Positions 17,523-27,544 of a DNA stretch of 64,000 nucleotides are shown in pieces. The stretch comes from a virus: IMG/VR virus record IMGVR_UViG_3300020185_000025, positions 1 through 64,000 of that record. One strand, given 5' to 3'. Every line of letters begins with the position of its first letter. Within the stretch, counting starts at the first letter, position 1. Below the pieces are notes generated by a model. That model worked only from the letters and a program-made list of their open reading frames with translations, was not told the origin of the DNA and made no database searches. The translations under genes were made by a program, and so were the position numbers.

Positions 17523-17809
17523 TATACTAACTTAAGTCCTGAATTACCAGGCATTGCGATTCCTGTTGTTGCTTCAATTACCTGCTTCTTTAGTTCATCA
17601 GCCGGTTCTACAACAAACATAACATGTTGTTCACCTACAACAACTGGTGTTCTTTTAGCGTAAGGAACAAATGGAACCATTCCAATTTTGCCTTCGCCTG
17701 CTGGTACTAATAAGATGCCATCCGTTAAGGTATAGAATCCTTTTTCATAACTTACTTTTGCTACAACCTCTTCACCGGTTGATAGTCTTACAATTTGTAC
17801 ATCGCTCAT
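17522..17809 (-). CDS. conserved T4-like Sm-like protein
   Basis: IVRLSTGEEVVA...VPFVPY. Confidence 0.6.
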   Translation of the reverse strand: MSDVQIVRLSTGEEVVAKVSYEKGFYTLTDGILLVPAGEGKIGMVPFVPYAKRTPVVVGEQHVMFVVEPADELKKQVIEATTGIAMPGNSGLKLV

Positions 17810-17833
17810 AGCGTTTCTCCTGTAATAGTGTAT

Positions 17834-17862
17834 ATTATAACACAGTTTAATTTAAATGTCAA
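17834..17862 (-). promoter_or_regulatory. sigma70 promoter
   Basis: TTGACA-N17-TATAAT. Confidence 0.85.
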
Positions 17863-17866
17863 TAGT

Positions 17867-20425
17867 TTAACTGAAAAAATCTTCAATCGTATTTACCTTT
17901 TCAGCCGACCATCCAACTGCGTCAAGTATTGATTGAATAGGACTTAAGAATACTTTATCAAATTGAAGTTCAGTATCTATATATTGATGCAGTCCTAATT
18001 GTTTTGGTAAAAGACCAGGAACCGATATTGCGTTTTCACGAATCGGATTAGGTACTTTCAAATATAATAGTTTGACCTTATCTCCAGCTTGGATAGTTTC
18101 AAACTTCTTATCAAGTCCTTTCTCTTTAAGGAACTGATTATACATCAAGGATCCACGAACATGCATTGGTGTACCTTTTCGATATACTGAGCTTTTGTCT
18201 TGATACTTTTTAAGTTCAGATACACCTGAAGTCTTTGCGATTTGAATAGGATCCAATTTACGAAAGTCTTCTTTGAATTCTTTAATGAATTCTTGAGTTG
18301 TTTCTTCGTCGGTATTCATAATCACTTCAAAACATTTCTTGAGTTTCTCTCGACAGATTTCTGGTGTTGAAGATCTGACTGATTCCAAACCGGTAACTGA
18401 GATCTTAGGAGTATCATAATGTACACCTTCAGAGTTCAATGTATTTAGAATATATCGTTTCTTGGCAACAAAAATACCACGGTGAGCAATCTTTTCACGT
18501 TTCATTACCATTGCATTACGATATGTACCAAGATCAGCAGCAAGCTTTTCATAACCGTCTTCGATGATTTGTTCTATCTTTGTAGAGCAAACTCTATCAA
18601 GGAACTCTTCACCTTTGTCTTTATCAATATCAGTCGTACCAAATACTTCTGTAATCAGAGGACCGAAGTCAACATAGATAGAGTCAGTATCAATATAAAT
18701 GATATAGTCAATGTCAGTTGTACCTAGAATTTTGTTTAGGTAATCATTCACTGATTTCTGAGCATAACGAATACTAAGCTGGCCGCTTGTTGTAATTGCC
18801 TCTGCCATTTCATTAATATAGTATAAGAAATATACGTTAGCAGTTGCACCATACAAACTATTCATGGCAATCTTAATTGACATTTGCGAGTTATGTAATT
18901 GGTTGATCTCTTTCTTGAGCCTTTTGAGTTCAAGTGGATCTTTTTCAATCTCAAACTGTTGTTCAGCTGCGATCATCTGCTTTTTAATGACAGAACGGTT
19001 ATTATAATATTCTTCAATGATTTCAGGAATGATTCCTAACTTCTTATTAGAAAAGCAAACACCATTAGCAGCAACGGAAACTCCGTTACGATCATTCTGA
19101 TATTCACCTTTGAGTACCATGTCCTGAGTTACGTATTCACGATCATCAGGCATATAGGTTTCTGGTGACATATTATATTGTAGCATCAAGTGAGGATATA
19201 GAGAGTTAAGGTCAAAAGATACAACCCAAGGATGCATACCGACCTTTGGATCTTTTACATAACCACCTACAAGATCTCCTGCTCTTTGACCAGGACCACC
19301 TTTTAATGGAGGAACAATTTTATCTGCCATAAGTTTACGATATATGGTTGCTTCCCATATACCAACCGTACCAAATGCATCACCGTAGTTTACACCACCA
19401 TCATAAGCAACTGTACATACCAACGCAAGTAATCCTGTCTCTTCTTCAAGACGAGCAATCAGTTGAGTATCTTTAAGGTTATAGTCCAAATATAATTGTG
19501 GATTCTCATCCCATAAACCAGTTAGAGAACCATATTCAGAGTAATCAATTTTCTTTTCACCAAGAACAACATAAGCAATATGATCTAACTTGTATGATTC
19601 TTGAGGACCATACTTATAACCAAACTTCTTGAAGCAATCCATATAGTCAATAACAGCAACACCCATAATAGAATATGTTGAATTGACTTTACCGAAAATT
19701 TCTCGAGATCTTTGTTTGATTGATTTATGTGGAGATAACCGTCTTGCAGTATCTTCTCCAAGTAATGCTATGATACGAGTTACGATGTATTGAATGTCAA
19801 AGTACTCAACGTTCCAACCTGTAACGATATCAGGATAATCAGTTGTCCAAAGTTTCATAAAGTATTGAAGCAAAGCACGTTCACCGTCTACTCCATCAAA
19901 TAAAACAAACTTAATCTTATCTTGAGGAATATCAGTAACTGTCTTTGTCTTGTCATAATCTTTACGACCGAGTACATAATAGATATCTTCTCGAGAACTA
20001 TGATAAGCAAGTGACGTAATAGGTTTATCAGCAGTTTCCATATTAGGATAACCATCACTGATGTCAACCTCAATATCAAACGATACGATATTGACTTGAC
20101 TTACATCATAGGTAATCTTGCCTGGGTATTCTTCTTGAATAAACTGAGTCACATAATTTGTTGAACCAAACGTCTTCATACCGTGAACACCTTTGTATTC
20201 TTCGATGAAGTTCTTTGCTTCTCGCATATCACCAAACTTATGTGGAGATACAGGTAAGTTACCTTCTAAAGAGCGATAACCTTCTTCTCCTGCTTTTGGA
20301 GTATGAACATATAGAGTAGGCTGAAATGGAACGCGATACGAAAAACGTTTACCATTTTCGTAACCTCGATGTAAAATATTGTTTCCGTATCTTTCAACGG
20401 ATGTATAGAATTTAGTCAATGCCAT
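17867..20425 (-). CDS. gp43: DNA polymerase (family B)
   Basis: FDIE exo I, SFDLNSLYP, KIAMNSLYG, YIDTDS; clamp-binding tail TIEDFFS. Confidence 0.97.
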   Translation of the reverse strand: MALTKFYTSVERYGNNILHRGYENGKRFSYRVPFQPTLYVHTPKAGEEGYRSLEGNLPVSPHKFGDMREAKNFIEEYKGVHGMKTFGSTNYVTQFIQEEYPGKITYDVSQVNIVSFDIEVDISDGYPNMETADKPITSLAYHSSREDIYYVLGRKDYDKTKTVTDIPQDKIKFVLFDGVDGERALLQYFMKLWTTDYPDIVTGWNVEYFDIQYIVTRIIALLGEDTARRLSPHKSIKQRSREIFGKVNSTYSIMGVAVIDYMDCFKKFGYKYGPQESYKLDHIAYVVLGEKKIDYSEYGSLTGLWDENPQLYLDYNLKDTQLIARLEEETGLLALVCTVAYDGGVNYGDAFGTVGIWEATIYRKLMADKIVPPLKGGPGQRAGDLVGGYVKDPKVGMHPWVVSFDLNSLYPHLMLQYNMSPETYMPDDREYVTQDMVLKGEYQNDRNGVSVAANGVCFSNKKLGIIPEIIEEYYNNRSVIKKQMIAAEQQFEIEKDPLELKRLKKEINQLHNSQMSIKIAMNSLYGATANVYFLYYINEMAEAITTSGQLSIRYAQKSVNDYLNKILGTTDIDYIIYIDTDSIYVDFGPLITEVFGTTDIDKDKGEEFLDRVCSTKIEQIIEDGYEKLAADLGTYRNAMVMKREKIAHRGIFVAKKRYILNTLNSEGVHYDTPKISVTGLESVRSSTPEICREKLKKCFEVIMNTDEETTQEFIKEFKEDFRKLDPIQIAKTSGVSELKKYQDKSSVYRKGTPMHVRGSLMYNQFLKEKGLDKKFETIQAGDKVKLLYLKVPNPIRENAISVPGLLPKQLGLHQYIDTELQFDKVFLSPIQSILDAVGWSAEKVNTIEDFFS

Positions 20426-20450
20426 AATGCCTTTTTATATTTGAACAACC

Positions 20451-20479
20451 ATTATATACTAGTTTGAGACGAATGTCAA
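20451..20479 (-). promoter_or_regulatory. sigma70 promoter (gp43)
   Basis: TTGACA-N17-TATAAT. Confidence 0.85.
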
Positions 20480-20482
20480 TGG

Positions 20483-22195
20483 TTATTGTACTAACTCCGA
20501 GAAGTTCTTGATTTTCTCAAACTTGAGATTGTTCTCAAACTTTTCTGCGAACTGATCGCCACGATGTGATATCACAAAGATGTTGTCATCGTTATTCAGT
20601 CCATGTAGAGTTTCAATCAAACTTTCAATACCGACACCATCCAAGGCACCGTCGAGAGTTTCATCAAGTATCAATAGGTTAGTAGATACCGAAGATCTTA
20701 GTTTAGCAACTGATCTCCAGGCCAACATAATTGATAGAGTGATACGTAGCTTCTCACCTTCTGAAAAACTAGCATAGGTGAACTTATCTCTGAACCTTGA
20801 ACGAATTACTTCATTGAACTCTTCGTCAAGTTGAAAGTCAACGAACAGATCAAACGCAGCAAGATACTTGTTGATAAGTTTATTAATAACAGGAATGTAC
20901 TGAGAAATAATTTTTGCCTTAATACCACCATCTCTCAGAATTGTTTGAACAATATTTAGTACTTCATGTTCATCAAGTAGTTTAGTTCGGATCTCAATTT
21001 GTTTATCAAGTTTCTTTTGTAGATTCTCAAGTTTAGAAGTATCAATTTCAGCAACTTCCTTTTGAGCATTATCAAGTTCTTTCTTATAACTCATTAGAGC
21101 ATTCTTAGACATTTTGATTTCAGCACGGATTTCAGAGATCTTAAAGTTAACTGCTTGTATCTGTTCTTCGATTTTTGAAATAGAACCAAGACGATCTTGA
21201 TGCTTCTTAATTGTCGTTGCTATATCAACGAGACCTTTTTCAATACCAGCTTTCTGTTGATTCTTATCTATAATTTGTTCTTGTTTGAATTCATGGGCAA
21301 TACCTTGCTTACATGTTGGACAATCATCATTATGTTCGTAGAACGATAGTTCCTTTTCAAACGCAACACGACTTCTTTCAAGTTCAGCTCTCTTTTCGGT
21401 TGCATCAGCAAACTTTTGTTTCTCATCAGGTTTATCAGAGATATCATCGTAGAGAACTTTCATAATCTCATCTTGAGTATCAATAGTACTATTCTTTTCT
21501 TCGATATCATCAATATGACCAGACATCTTTTCTTTGATCTTATCAACCTCAACTGTTTTAAGTTTACGAATCTCTTCGTTGTTTTCTTCAGCTGATTGTA
21601 TATTGTTTTCTATAATTTCAATGTCATACTTATTGTCTGTGATTTCTGTTTTGATACCTGACATACGATCTTTTGCCAATGTACCCATAACAGAGAATAC
21701 TTGTATATCCAATAGGTCTTCGATAATCTCACGACGTTGATATGCTCTCAATTCCATAAAAGGAATATAAGTAGCAGAACCAAGTACTACGATTTGATTG
21801 AATGCTTTAAAGTTGATACCTAGAATAGATTCTTCAAGGAATGCTTGATAGTCTCGAACAGACGCATCTTTATTAATCATTGAACCGTTCTTCCATATCT
21901 CAAACACATTAGGTTTGATTCCACGAACGATTTTATATTTGTCTCCACCTGCATTAAAGTATAATTCAACAACAAGTTCTTTATTATTAATAGAGTTAAC
22001 TAACTGAGCCTTATTAATATTTCTAAAAGGTCTACCGTAAAGACCAAATACAATTGCATCAAGCAATGTACTTTTACCTGAACCATTGGAACCTGCGATA
22101 AGAGTACTAGGTACCTGATTTAATTCAACTGTTGTGAATACGTTTCCTGTTGATAGAATATTTTTATATAATACTTTCTCAAAATTAATTCTCAT
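20483..22195 (-). CDS. gp46: recombination endonuclease ATPase subunit (Rad50/SbcC-like)
   Basis: GSNGSGKST, CPTC hook, FSEGEK, LILDE. Confidence 0.95.
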   Translation of the reverse strand: MRINFEKVLYKNILSTGNVFTTVELNQVPSTLIAGSNGSGKSTLLDAIVFGLYGRPFRNINKAQLVNSINNKELVVELYFNAGGDKYKIVRGIKPNVFEIWKNGSMINKDASVRDYQAFLEESILGINFKAFNQIVVLGSATYIPFMELRAYQRREIIEDLLDIQVFSVMGTLAKDRMSGIKTEITDNKYDIEIIENNIQSAEENNEEIRKLKTVEVDKIKEKMSGHIDDIEEKNSTIDTQDEIMKVLYDDISDKPDEKQKFADATEKRAELERSRVAFEKELSFYEHNDDCPTCKQGIAHEFKQEQIIDKNQQKAGIEKGLVDIATTIKKHQDRLGSISKIEEQIQAVNFKISEIRAEIKMSKNALMSYKKELDNAQKEVAEIDTSKLENLQKKLDKQIEIRTKLLDEHEVLNIVQTILRDGGIKAKIISQYIPVINKLINKYLAAFDLFVDFQLDEEFNEVIRSRFRDKFTYASFSEGEKLRITLSIMLAWRSVAKLRSSVSTNLLILDETLDGALDGVGIESLIETLHGLNNDDNIFVISHRGDQFAEKFENNLKFEKIKNFSELVQ

Positions 22196-23253
22196 AAACT
22201 AAGGGCCTCGTGGTATAATTCGTCAACTAAAGATTTTACCTTACCTTTATCAACATTGGTTTCAAGACCATCAATATATTGCGATAAGATTTCAGTTGTG
22301 TCTTTTGTTTCATCAAGTATTTCATCAACACCTTCTGCATCCAAATTCATATGATCGTCAACAGCTCGAACATCAACAGCACCACACTCTGACATACGAC
22401 CCATAAACATATCATAAAGATATGCGTTAGTTCTATTCTGTACTATGACTTTAACAAACTTATCACGGTATTGTTCTACATCGTAATTCGCAACATCGTC
22501 AACTGTCCAGTCTTGGTCATCATAAAATACTTTATAGAATACACGATTTGGATTTTCAATTTTAATCATCTCTCGAGTTTCAGTATCAAATACATGGAAA
22601 CCTCTACTACCTTTGTAATCAGACCAAGTCATTTCGTATGGAGATCCAAGGTACTCAACATTGCCATATCTTGAAGGATGGTGAAAATGACCAGAGAACG
22701 CAGATTCAAAATTCTTAAACACGTTCATATCAATACCATGCGTACATAACGCACCTTTCATCATCTCGAAACCTTTTACTTCAAGGTGTCCCATTAATAT
22801 ATTAGCAGTTGAGTTCTTTACAATTTCTAAATTCTTTTCACCGTTCTCTTTGTTGAGCCACGGTAACATAAGGAATTTTGTAGATCCTAATTCAATTTCT
22901 TTAGCAGTATCTTGGTATAGAGTAAACTGAGGATACTCTTTGGTCAATAGATTCATACTATTGATTTCATTAGTACTTGCATAATATGTATCGTGATTAC
23001 CAATAAGACAATGAAAATCAATATTACGTTTTGCTAAATTATCAAAGAGGAATGATTTACCTGCTGAGAGTGAAGCATAATTAATATACTTACGACGGTC
23101 AAATGTATCACCAAGGTCAAACACCGTTGTGATCTCATGTTCGTCAATATATGGAAAGAATACTTCTTCAAAGAATTTTCTTTGAACTTCGTGGAATACT
23201 TTGCTATCTCCACGGACACCGATGTGAATATCGGTAACGATCGCGATTTTCAT
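22192..23253 (-). CDS. gp47: recombination endonuclease subunit (Mre11/SbcD-like)
   Basis: TDIHIG, GDTFD, GNHD, SGHFH. Confidence 0.95.
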   Translation of the reverse strand: MKIAIVTDIHIGVRGDSKVFHEVQRKFFEEVFFPYIDEHEITTVFDLGDTFDRRKYINYASLSAGKSFLFDNLAKRNIDFHCLIGNHDTYYASTNEINSMNLLTKEYPQFTLYQDTAKEIELGSTKFLMLPWLNKENGEKNLEIVKNSTANILMGHLEVKGFEMMKGALCTHGIDMNVFKNFESAFSGHFHHPSRYGNVEYLGSPYEMTWSDYKGSRGFHVFDTETREMIKIENPNRVFYKVFYDDQDWTVDDVANYDVEQYRDKFVKVIVQNRTNAYLYDMFMGRMSECGAVDVRAVDDHMNLDAEGVDEILDETKDTTEILSQYIDGLETNVDKGKVKSLVDELYHEALSL

Positions 23254-23254
23254 A

Positions 23255-23821
23255 TTACTCCGTATGCGTTGCGACTTTTGCGTTGTCTATAGCAGCTTGC
23301 GCTGATTGCATATAAGCCTTTAACTGATTTCGTTGTTTTGAAATTTTAGATTTCTTTTTTAATGCTCTATCCCATTTGAGTCGAGATACTTTGTCTTTAA
23401 ATACAACACCATATAAGTGGTCATATTCATGTAAGAAACATCTTGCGGTATAACCATCAAACGAACCTTCCTGTGGATTACCTTCTTCGTCAAACCATCT
23501 TGCATCTACAGTGTTTGGACGTTTGAATGATACAAAAACATCAGGATAGGTCAGGCAACCTTCAACATCAAACTCTTCTTCTTCTGATACTGAAATGACT
23601 TCGGGATTAACAAACATCATTGTATTCTCTTTGTTCTCACCAATGATAAACAGTTTATAGTTGATACCCACTTGTGGTGCAGACAACCCCAGGCCTCTTT
23701 TAGAGACCATCAGCTCCACCATTTCTTCCTTGGTTTGCTTTAAATCTACTTGAGGATTTTCAATATCAATATCTTCCAACTCTCTTTTTAGTATTGGATC
23801 ATTGTGTGGTACTAATTTCAT
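23255..23821 (-). CDS. def: peptide deformylase
   Basis: GLGLSAPQ, EGCLT, HEYDH. Confidence 0.92.
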   Translation of the reverse strand: MKLVPHNDPILKRELEDIDIENPQVDLKQTKEEMVELMVSKRGLGLSAPQVGINYKLFIIGENKENTMMFVNPEVISVSEEEEFDVEGCLTYPDVFVSFKRPNTVDARWFDEEGNPQEGSFDGYTARCFLHEYDHLYGVVFKDKVSRLKWDRALKKKSKISKQRNQLKAYMQSAQAAIDNAKVATHTE

Positions 23822-24219
23822 AATTTACCTTCTTCCCTTAATTGCTCACGAATCTTTGTTCCTGAGATTTCGTTTATTTCTTGTCCAAGATCATGTTCAG
23901 TGAAAGTAAAACCAGGAGTCCTTCCATAACTAATATCAATAATGTTAGGAACCATCTGAATCATATACTCTCGACCTTCTTCAAAGCCAGCATCTCCTAA
24001 ACCTTTCTTAATACTATCAATGACAGCAATTTCTCCAAAGGGATTATCAGACGCAGTCTCTTCATAACCATACACTTCTCTAACCATTATAACACATTGT
24101 CCTGTCAATGTCAAGGCCTTTTTGAATAATTCTGTATGACCATCATGCCAGGGTTGCCACCTACCTAATAATTGAACAGTAGGCTTTGTGTAATCAAACG
24201 CATTCTCGAAATCAAACAT
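23818..24219 (-). CDS. cytidylyltransferase-like nucleotidyltransferase
   Basis: GRWQPWHDGH, ISGTKIR. Confidence 0.75.
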   Translation of the reverse strand: MFDFENAFDYTKPTVQLLGRWQPWHDGHTELFKKALTLTGQCVIMVREVYGYEETASDNPFGEIAVIDSIKKGLGDAGFEEGREYMIQMVPNIIDISYGRTPGFTFTEHDLGQEINEISGTKIREQLREEGKL

Positions 24220-24222
24220 GAC

Positions 24223-24705
24223 CTACTTCTTCTTAAGTTTAGTCTCAAAGTCGTCAATAAAGTCATTAATATAATCAGGTAGTTGATTTCCAGTAACTGG
24301 TTCGCCTGACGAATCATGTACTTCGTTGTCCATCATTTGTCTTTGAGAAGCTTTGAATTTAATATACATCTGCTTTTTCTCTTTAGAGATTCGCCTTAAG
24401 AATGCATACCAAATGATTTGCGTAAAATAAGCAAAAGGGTTTTGGGATTTCTCGGGATTGAAGTTATGTATATATTGTAGACAGTTTTCAATGCCATCAG
24501 ATACCATTTCTTCCTTGTACATGTACCCACTGAAATTTGGTCTTGTTGCTAATCGTTGTGCAATTAACATAATACACTTTCCAATGTAATCTGGTACTTG
24601 TGGATTCTTTTCACCACACTCTTCTGCCTCTGCGCATTTTTCTCGATATTCGATTAACGCTGCGAGGAGGTCTTTATTGTTTACGTAGTTTCGTTTCTTA
24701 GCCAT
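24223..24705 (-). CDS. gp55: late transcription sigma factor
   Basis: YVNNKD, PNFSGY, NPFAYFTQI..AFLRRI.KEKKQ. Confidence 0.95.
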   Translation of the reverse strand: MAKKRNYVNNKDLLAALIEYREKCAEAEECGEKNPQVPDYIGKCIMLIAQRLATRPNFSGYMYKEEMVSDGIENCLQYIHNFNPEKSQNPFAYFTQIIWYAFLRRISKEKKQMYIKFKASQRQMMDNEVHDSSGEPVTGNQLPDYINDFIDDFETKLKKK

Positions 24706-24740
24706 TTCAAACTAACACTCCTTTTTGTTTTATAATGTAT

Positions 24741-24769
24741 ATTATATACCATTTAGTTCGTTTTGTCAA
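24741..24769 (-). promoter_or_regulatory. sigma70 promoter (gp55)
   Basis: TTGACA-N17-TATAAT. Confidence 0.85.
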
Positions 24770-24818
24770 TAGAAAGTTGACAAATATGAAATTAATTAAA
24801 CTTTTTTCAAAAAAACTA

Positions 24819-24847
24819 TTGACAAGTCTCTAACTTCCTTGTATAAT
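24819..24847 (+). promoter_or_regulatory. orphan sigma70 promoter pointing antisense into uvsW
   Basis: TTGACA-N17-TATAAT with upstream A/T tracts; no plus-strand ORF in the track downstream. Confidence 0.75.
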
Positions 24848-24877
24848 AAGACTATCGGCTTTAAGGTATATCTCAAT

Positions 24878-26371
24878 TTAGATATCGACAGTAAAGATTT
24901 TAAACGGAAACTCCTCTGACGAGTAGATTTCAATTCTTGATTTAAAATGTTTTAATGTATAGTTTTCGTAACTACCCACCGACAAATCATCAGCGATATC
25001 ATAGAGGACCGCTTTCTGCGAGTCCTCTGCTTTACGTAAACTTCTACCTATTGATTGTAATACTTTAATCTCAGATTTACTTGAGGAAGCAAAGATTACA
25101 TTATCAAGTCTTTTAATATTAACACCAGTACTAAACACTCCATAGGATGCGAGTATATTGTGTTTCTTATCGGGGTCGTTTTCAACCAAATGTCGAATTC
25201 GTTCACGTTCTTCTCCTTTTGTAGCTCCGTAAATAAAATGTAACTCTCTACCTTTTTGATGTAACATAGGTTCGAGTATCTTACCGTGCTTCTCTACTAA
25301 ATCAAATAGTATTAAATTATTCTGATCTTTAAGAGAATGAACAAGGTTCTTAATAAAGTTGTTTCTCTTTTCGTGGTTAACAATGAATTCGCGTTCAGCC
25401 GGCCATTTCTTAACTGATTCTTTGACCTGACCCATTGCCTTTTTAAATGCAGCCTTTTGTTCGTTACTATGGTTCAGTATAATTGCTTTTACTTCAAAGT
25501 CAGCAACCGTGCCATCGTCCATAAGTTTCTTTGTGGATACAATTCTTTTGACTTCTCCAAAACAACCTTCAAGTACTAACCTATGAGTCTTACTCTCTGC
25601 TGATTTAAGTGTACCTGTAAACCCATGACGGAATTCGCAATCTTCGAGTTTATGCATAATGGTTGTTAATGACTTTGCTTGGAAGGTATGAGCTTCATCA
25701 CCCATCACACAACCAAATTGACCAAACCAATTCTTATCTTGTTTAACTAAAGATTGCCATGTAGATATTACTATAGGTGCTTTGGTATTCTTATCAACTC
25801 CACCCTGTATTTTATAGATATCATTTTCATCACAACCGTAATCAACAAAGTCACCAGCCATCTGATGTACCAACGAAATAGTAGGAACAATAATTAATGT
25901 TCTTAATCCAAAGGTTTGATAGTAATGTTGTTGTATTAGGTAAATAATTAAAGACTTACCAGATGATGTCGGTGATAGAGATAAAGATCTGCGGTTACGC
26001 AAAGCGTTAGTGATATATTCGATCTGATAGTCTCTTGGTTTAAATTTACAGTTAATCGTTTCAGCCAATTCTTCAACGTATCCATCCTCTATGATTTCTG
26101 GTTCTCCGATCTCGGCCGGTGCTTCTAATATATAATCTCTTTGTTCACAAAACTTCTTTAGGTGTGGATATAGACCAACATACAATACAGGACGCATTGG
26201 TTGAAAGAGTCTAATTGTTCCATCCCATACTCTTGCTTTATATTTAGGACTGAACTGATAGCCTTCTGGTTTAAACGCAAAGAACTCTGATAGTTCAACC
26301 TTTAAACCTGAGTCAGCCTTAATTCGCATATAGACCGAATTAATATATTCTACTTCTATTCTTTCGCTCAT
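24878..26371 (-). CDS. uvsW: RNA-DNA/DNA-DNA helicase UvsW
   Basis: WDGTIRL, SPTSSGKS, DEAH, QSIGR; start at MSERIEV. Confidence 0.95.
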   Translation of the reverse strand: MSERIEVEYINSVYMRIKADSGLKVELSEFFAFKPEGYQFSPKYKARVWDGTIRLFQPMRPVLYVGLYPHLKKFCEQRDYILEAPAEIGEPEIIEDGYVEELAETINCKFKPRDYQIEYITNALRNRRSLSLSPTSSGKSLIIYLIQQHYYQTFGLRTLIIVPTISLVHQMAGDFVDYGCDENDIYKIQGGVDKNTKAPIVISTWQSLVKQDKNWFGQFGCVMGDEAHTFQAKSLTTIMHKLEDCEFRHGFTGTLKSAESKTHRLVLEGCFGEVKRIVSTKKLMDDGTVADFEVKAIILNHSNEQKAAFKKAMGQVKESVKKWPAEREFIVNHEKRNNFIKNLVHSLKDQNNLILFDLVEKHGKILEPMLHQKGRELHFIYGATKGEERERIRHLVENDPDKKHNILASYGVFSTGVNIKRLDNVIFASSSKSEIKVLQSIGRSLRKAEDSQKAVLYDIADDLSVGSYENYTLKHFKSRIEIYSSEEFPFKIFTVDI

Positions 26372-26835
26372 AATTGTTCCTGAAGCCAACTTGCTTCTTC
26401 TTTACCAACTTTAAAGGCAAACCCTACGGATTGAAACATACCTTTTGGTACCTTTCTCCACAAGTCTTCAGGCTCCTTTGAATAATTTTCTTTTGATGTT
26501 GCTAATATACAACAATCTCGTTTTAAAAAGAAATCCCAAAATTCATTAAAGGTCCATTCTTTTGAAAACAAAATATCTGAAGTTTCTTTTCTTGAATAGA
26601 TATGTGAACGGTTGATTTTCTTTGGTCTTTTATATTCGTTCTCTTGAATACGTAGTGCAGCTGCTTCAGTAATACCAATGACCGCCCAACCATATTCTTT
26701 TAACATACTTGTTAACGCAAGCAACATACCCTGTCTTACTCGAGGAGTAATTCCTTCTATTTCCTGTATAGAACAAAAGCCATTATAAATGGTTTCTTTT
26801 AATTCAGTAGGTATATCGTTTACGTATGGATTCAT
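26368..26835 (-). CDS. hypothetical protein
   Basis: ORF coupled to neighbours. Confidence 0.65.
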   Translation of the reverse strand: MNPYVNDIPTELKETIYNGFCSIQEIEGITPRVRQGMLLALTSMLKEYGWAVIGITEAAALRIQENEYKRPKKINRSHIYSRKETSDILFSKEWTFNEFWDFFLKRDCCILATSKENYSKEPEDLWRKVPKGMFQSVGFAFKVGKEEASWLQEQL

Positions 26836-27047
26836 AATTTAATTGCTAATAGTAAAAGTATTGCTATTAACAATACATTTGTGAAAAAGATACCAATTGC
26901 CAATATCGTATGATACCAAATCCATCTTGTTTTATATGCGTTTTCAATTGTTAATGCCTCAGGGTCAACATCGTCTTTCATCATGTCTATGACAAGAGTT
27001 TCCTGTTTGACTTCAGGCTTTCTCCAAAACTTTGTTAACCAATCCAT
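26832..27047 (-). CDS. small membrane protein
   Basis: C-terminal TM helix. Confidence 0.65.
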   Translation of the reverse strand: MDWLTKFWRKPEVKQETLVIDMMKDDVDPEALTIENAYKTRWIWYHTILAIGIFFTNVLLIAILLLLAIKL

Positions 27048-27484
27048 TAATAATCCCCTGACTGAAACTTTAGAATATCAATCATATTCTTTACTACAAA
27101 ATTTCTACTGTGTATTGTTTTAATAATATCTTCAAGATAGTTTGCGTTAGCAGTATGAAAATCAATCGTCAAACTAAGTTTGATAATATCTTTATCTGCT
27201 TGAATATGTTTATCCAAATCGTTTCTTATTACCTTTCTTTGAAATGGTTTCCATCCATGTTCCTTTAGCGTTAGTTCATCCATTGAACCATCGTAATAGT
27301 TACGCTTCTCCATTTCTAATTCTTTATATTCTGCTTTTAATTTTTTGACACGAAGGACTTCCCTATAATACAAGTTATAGTACTTGCTGTGTAGTTCGGG
27401 AATTCGTTTGCTTTCACCAACGAGGTTTGTTTCATCTATTGGAGAATCAGCTGCCCATATTGCTGCTATATCATTTGTGTCCAT
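27047..27484 (-). CDS. uvsY: recombination mediator UvsY
   Basis: W..D..IDE..L..ES.RIP.LHSKY; next to uvsW. Confidence 0.88.
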   Translation of the reverse strand: MDTNDIAAIWAADSPIDETNLVGESKRIPELHSKYYNLYYREVLRVKKLKAEYKELEMEKRNYYDGSMDELTLKEHGWKPFQRKVIRNDLDKHIQADKDIIKLSLTIDFHTANANYLEDIIKTIHSRNFVVKNMIDILKFQSGDY

Positions 27485-27515
27485 AATCTATCTCAAGTTT
27501 TTTAAATACATTACT

Positions 27516-27544
27516 ATTATATCAAACTTTAAGTTAGATGTCAA
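27516..27544 (-). promoter_or_regulatory. sigma70 promoter (uvsY)
   Basis: TTGACA-N17-TATAAT. Confidence 0.85.
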
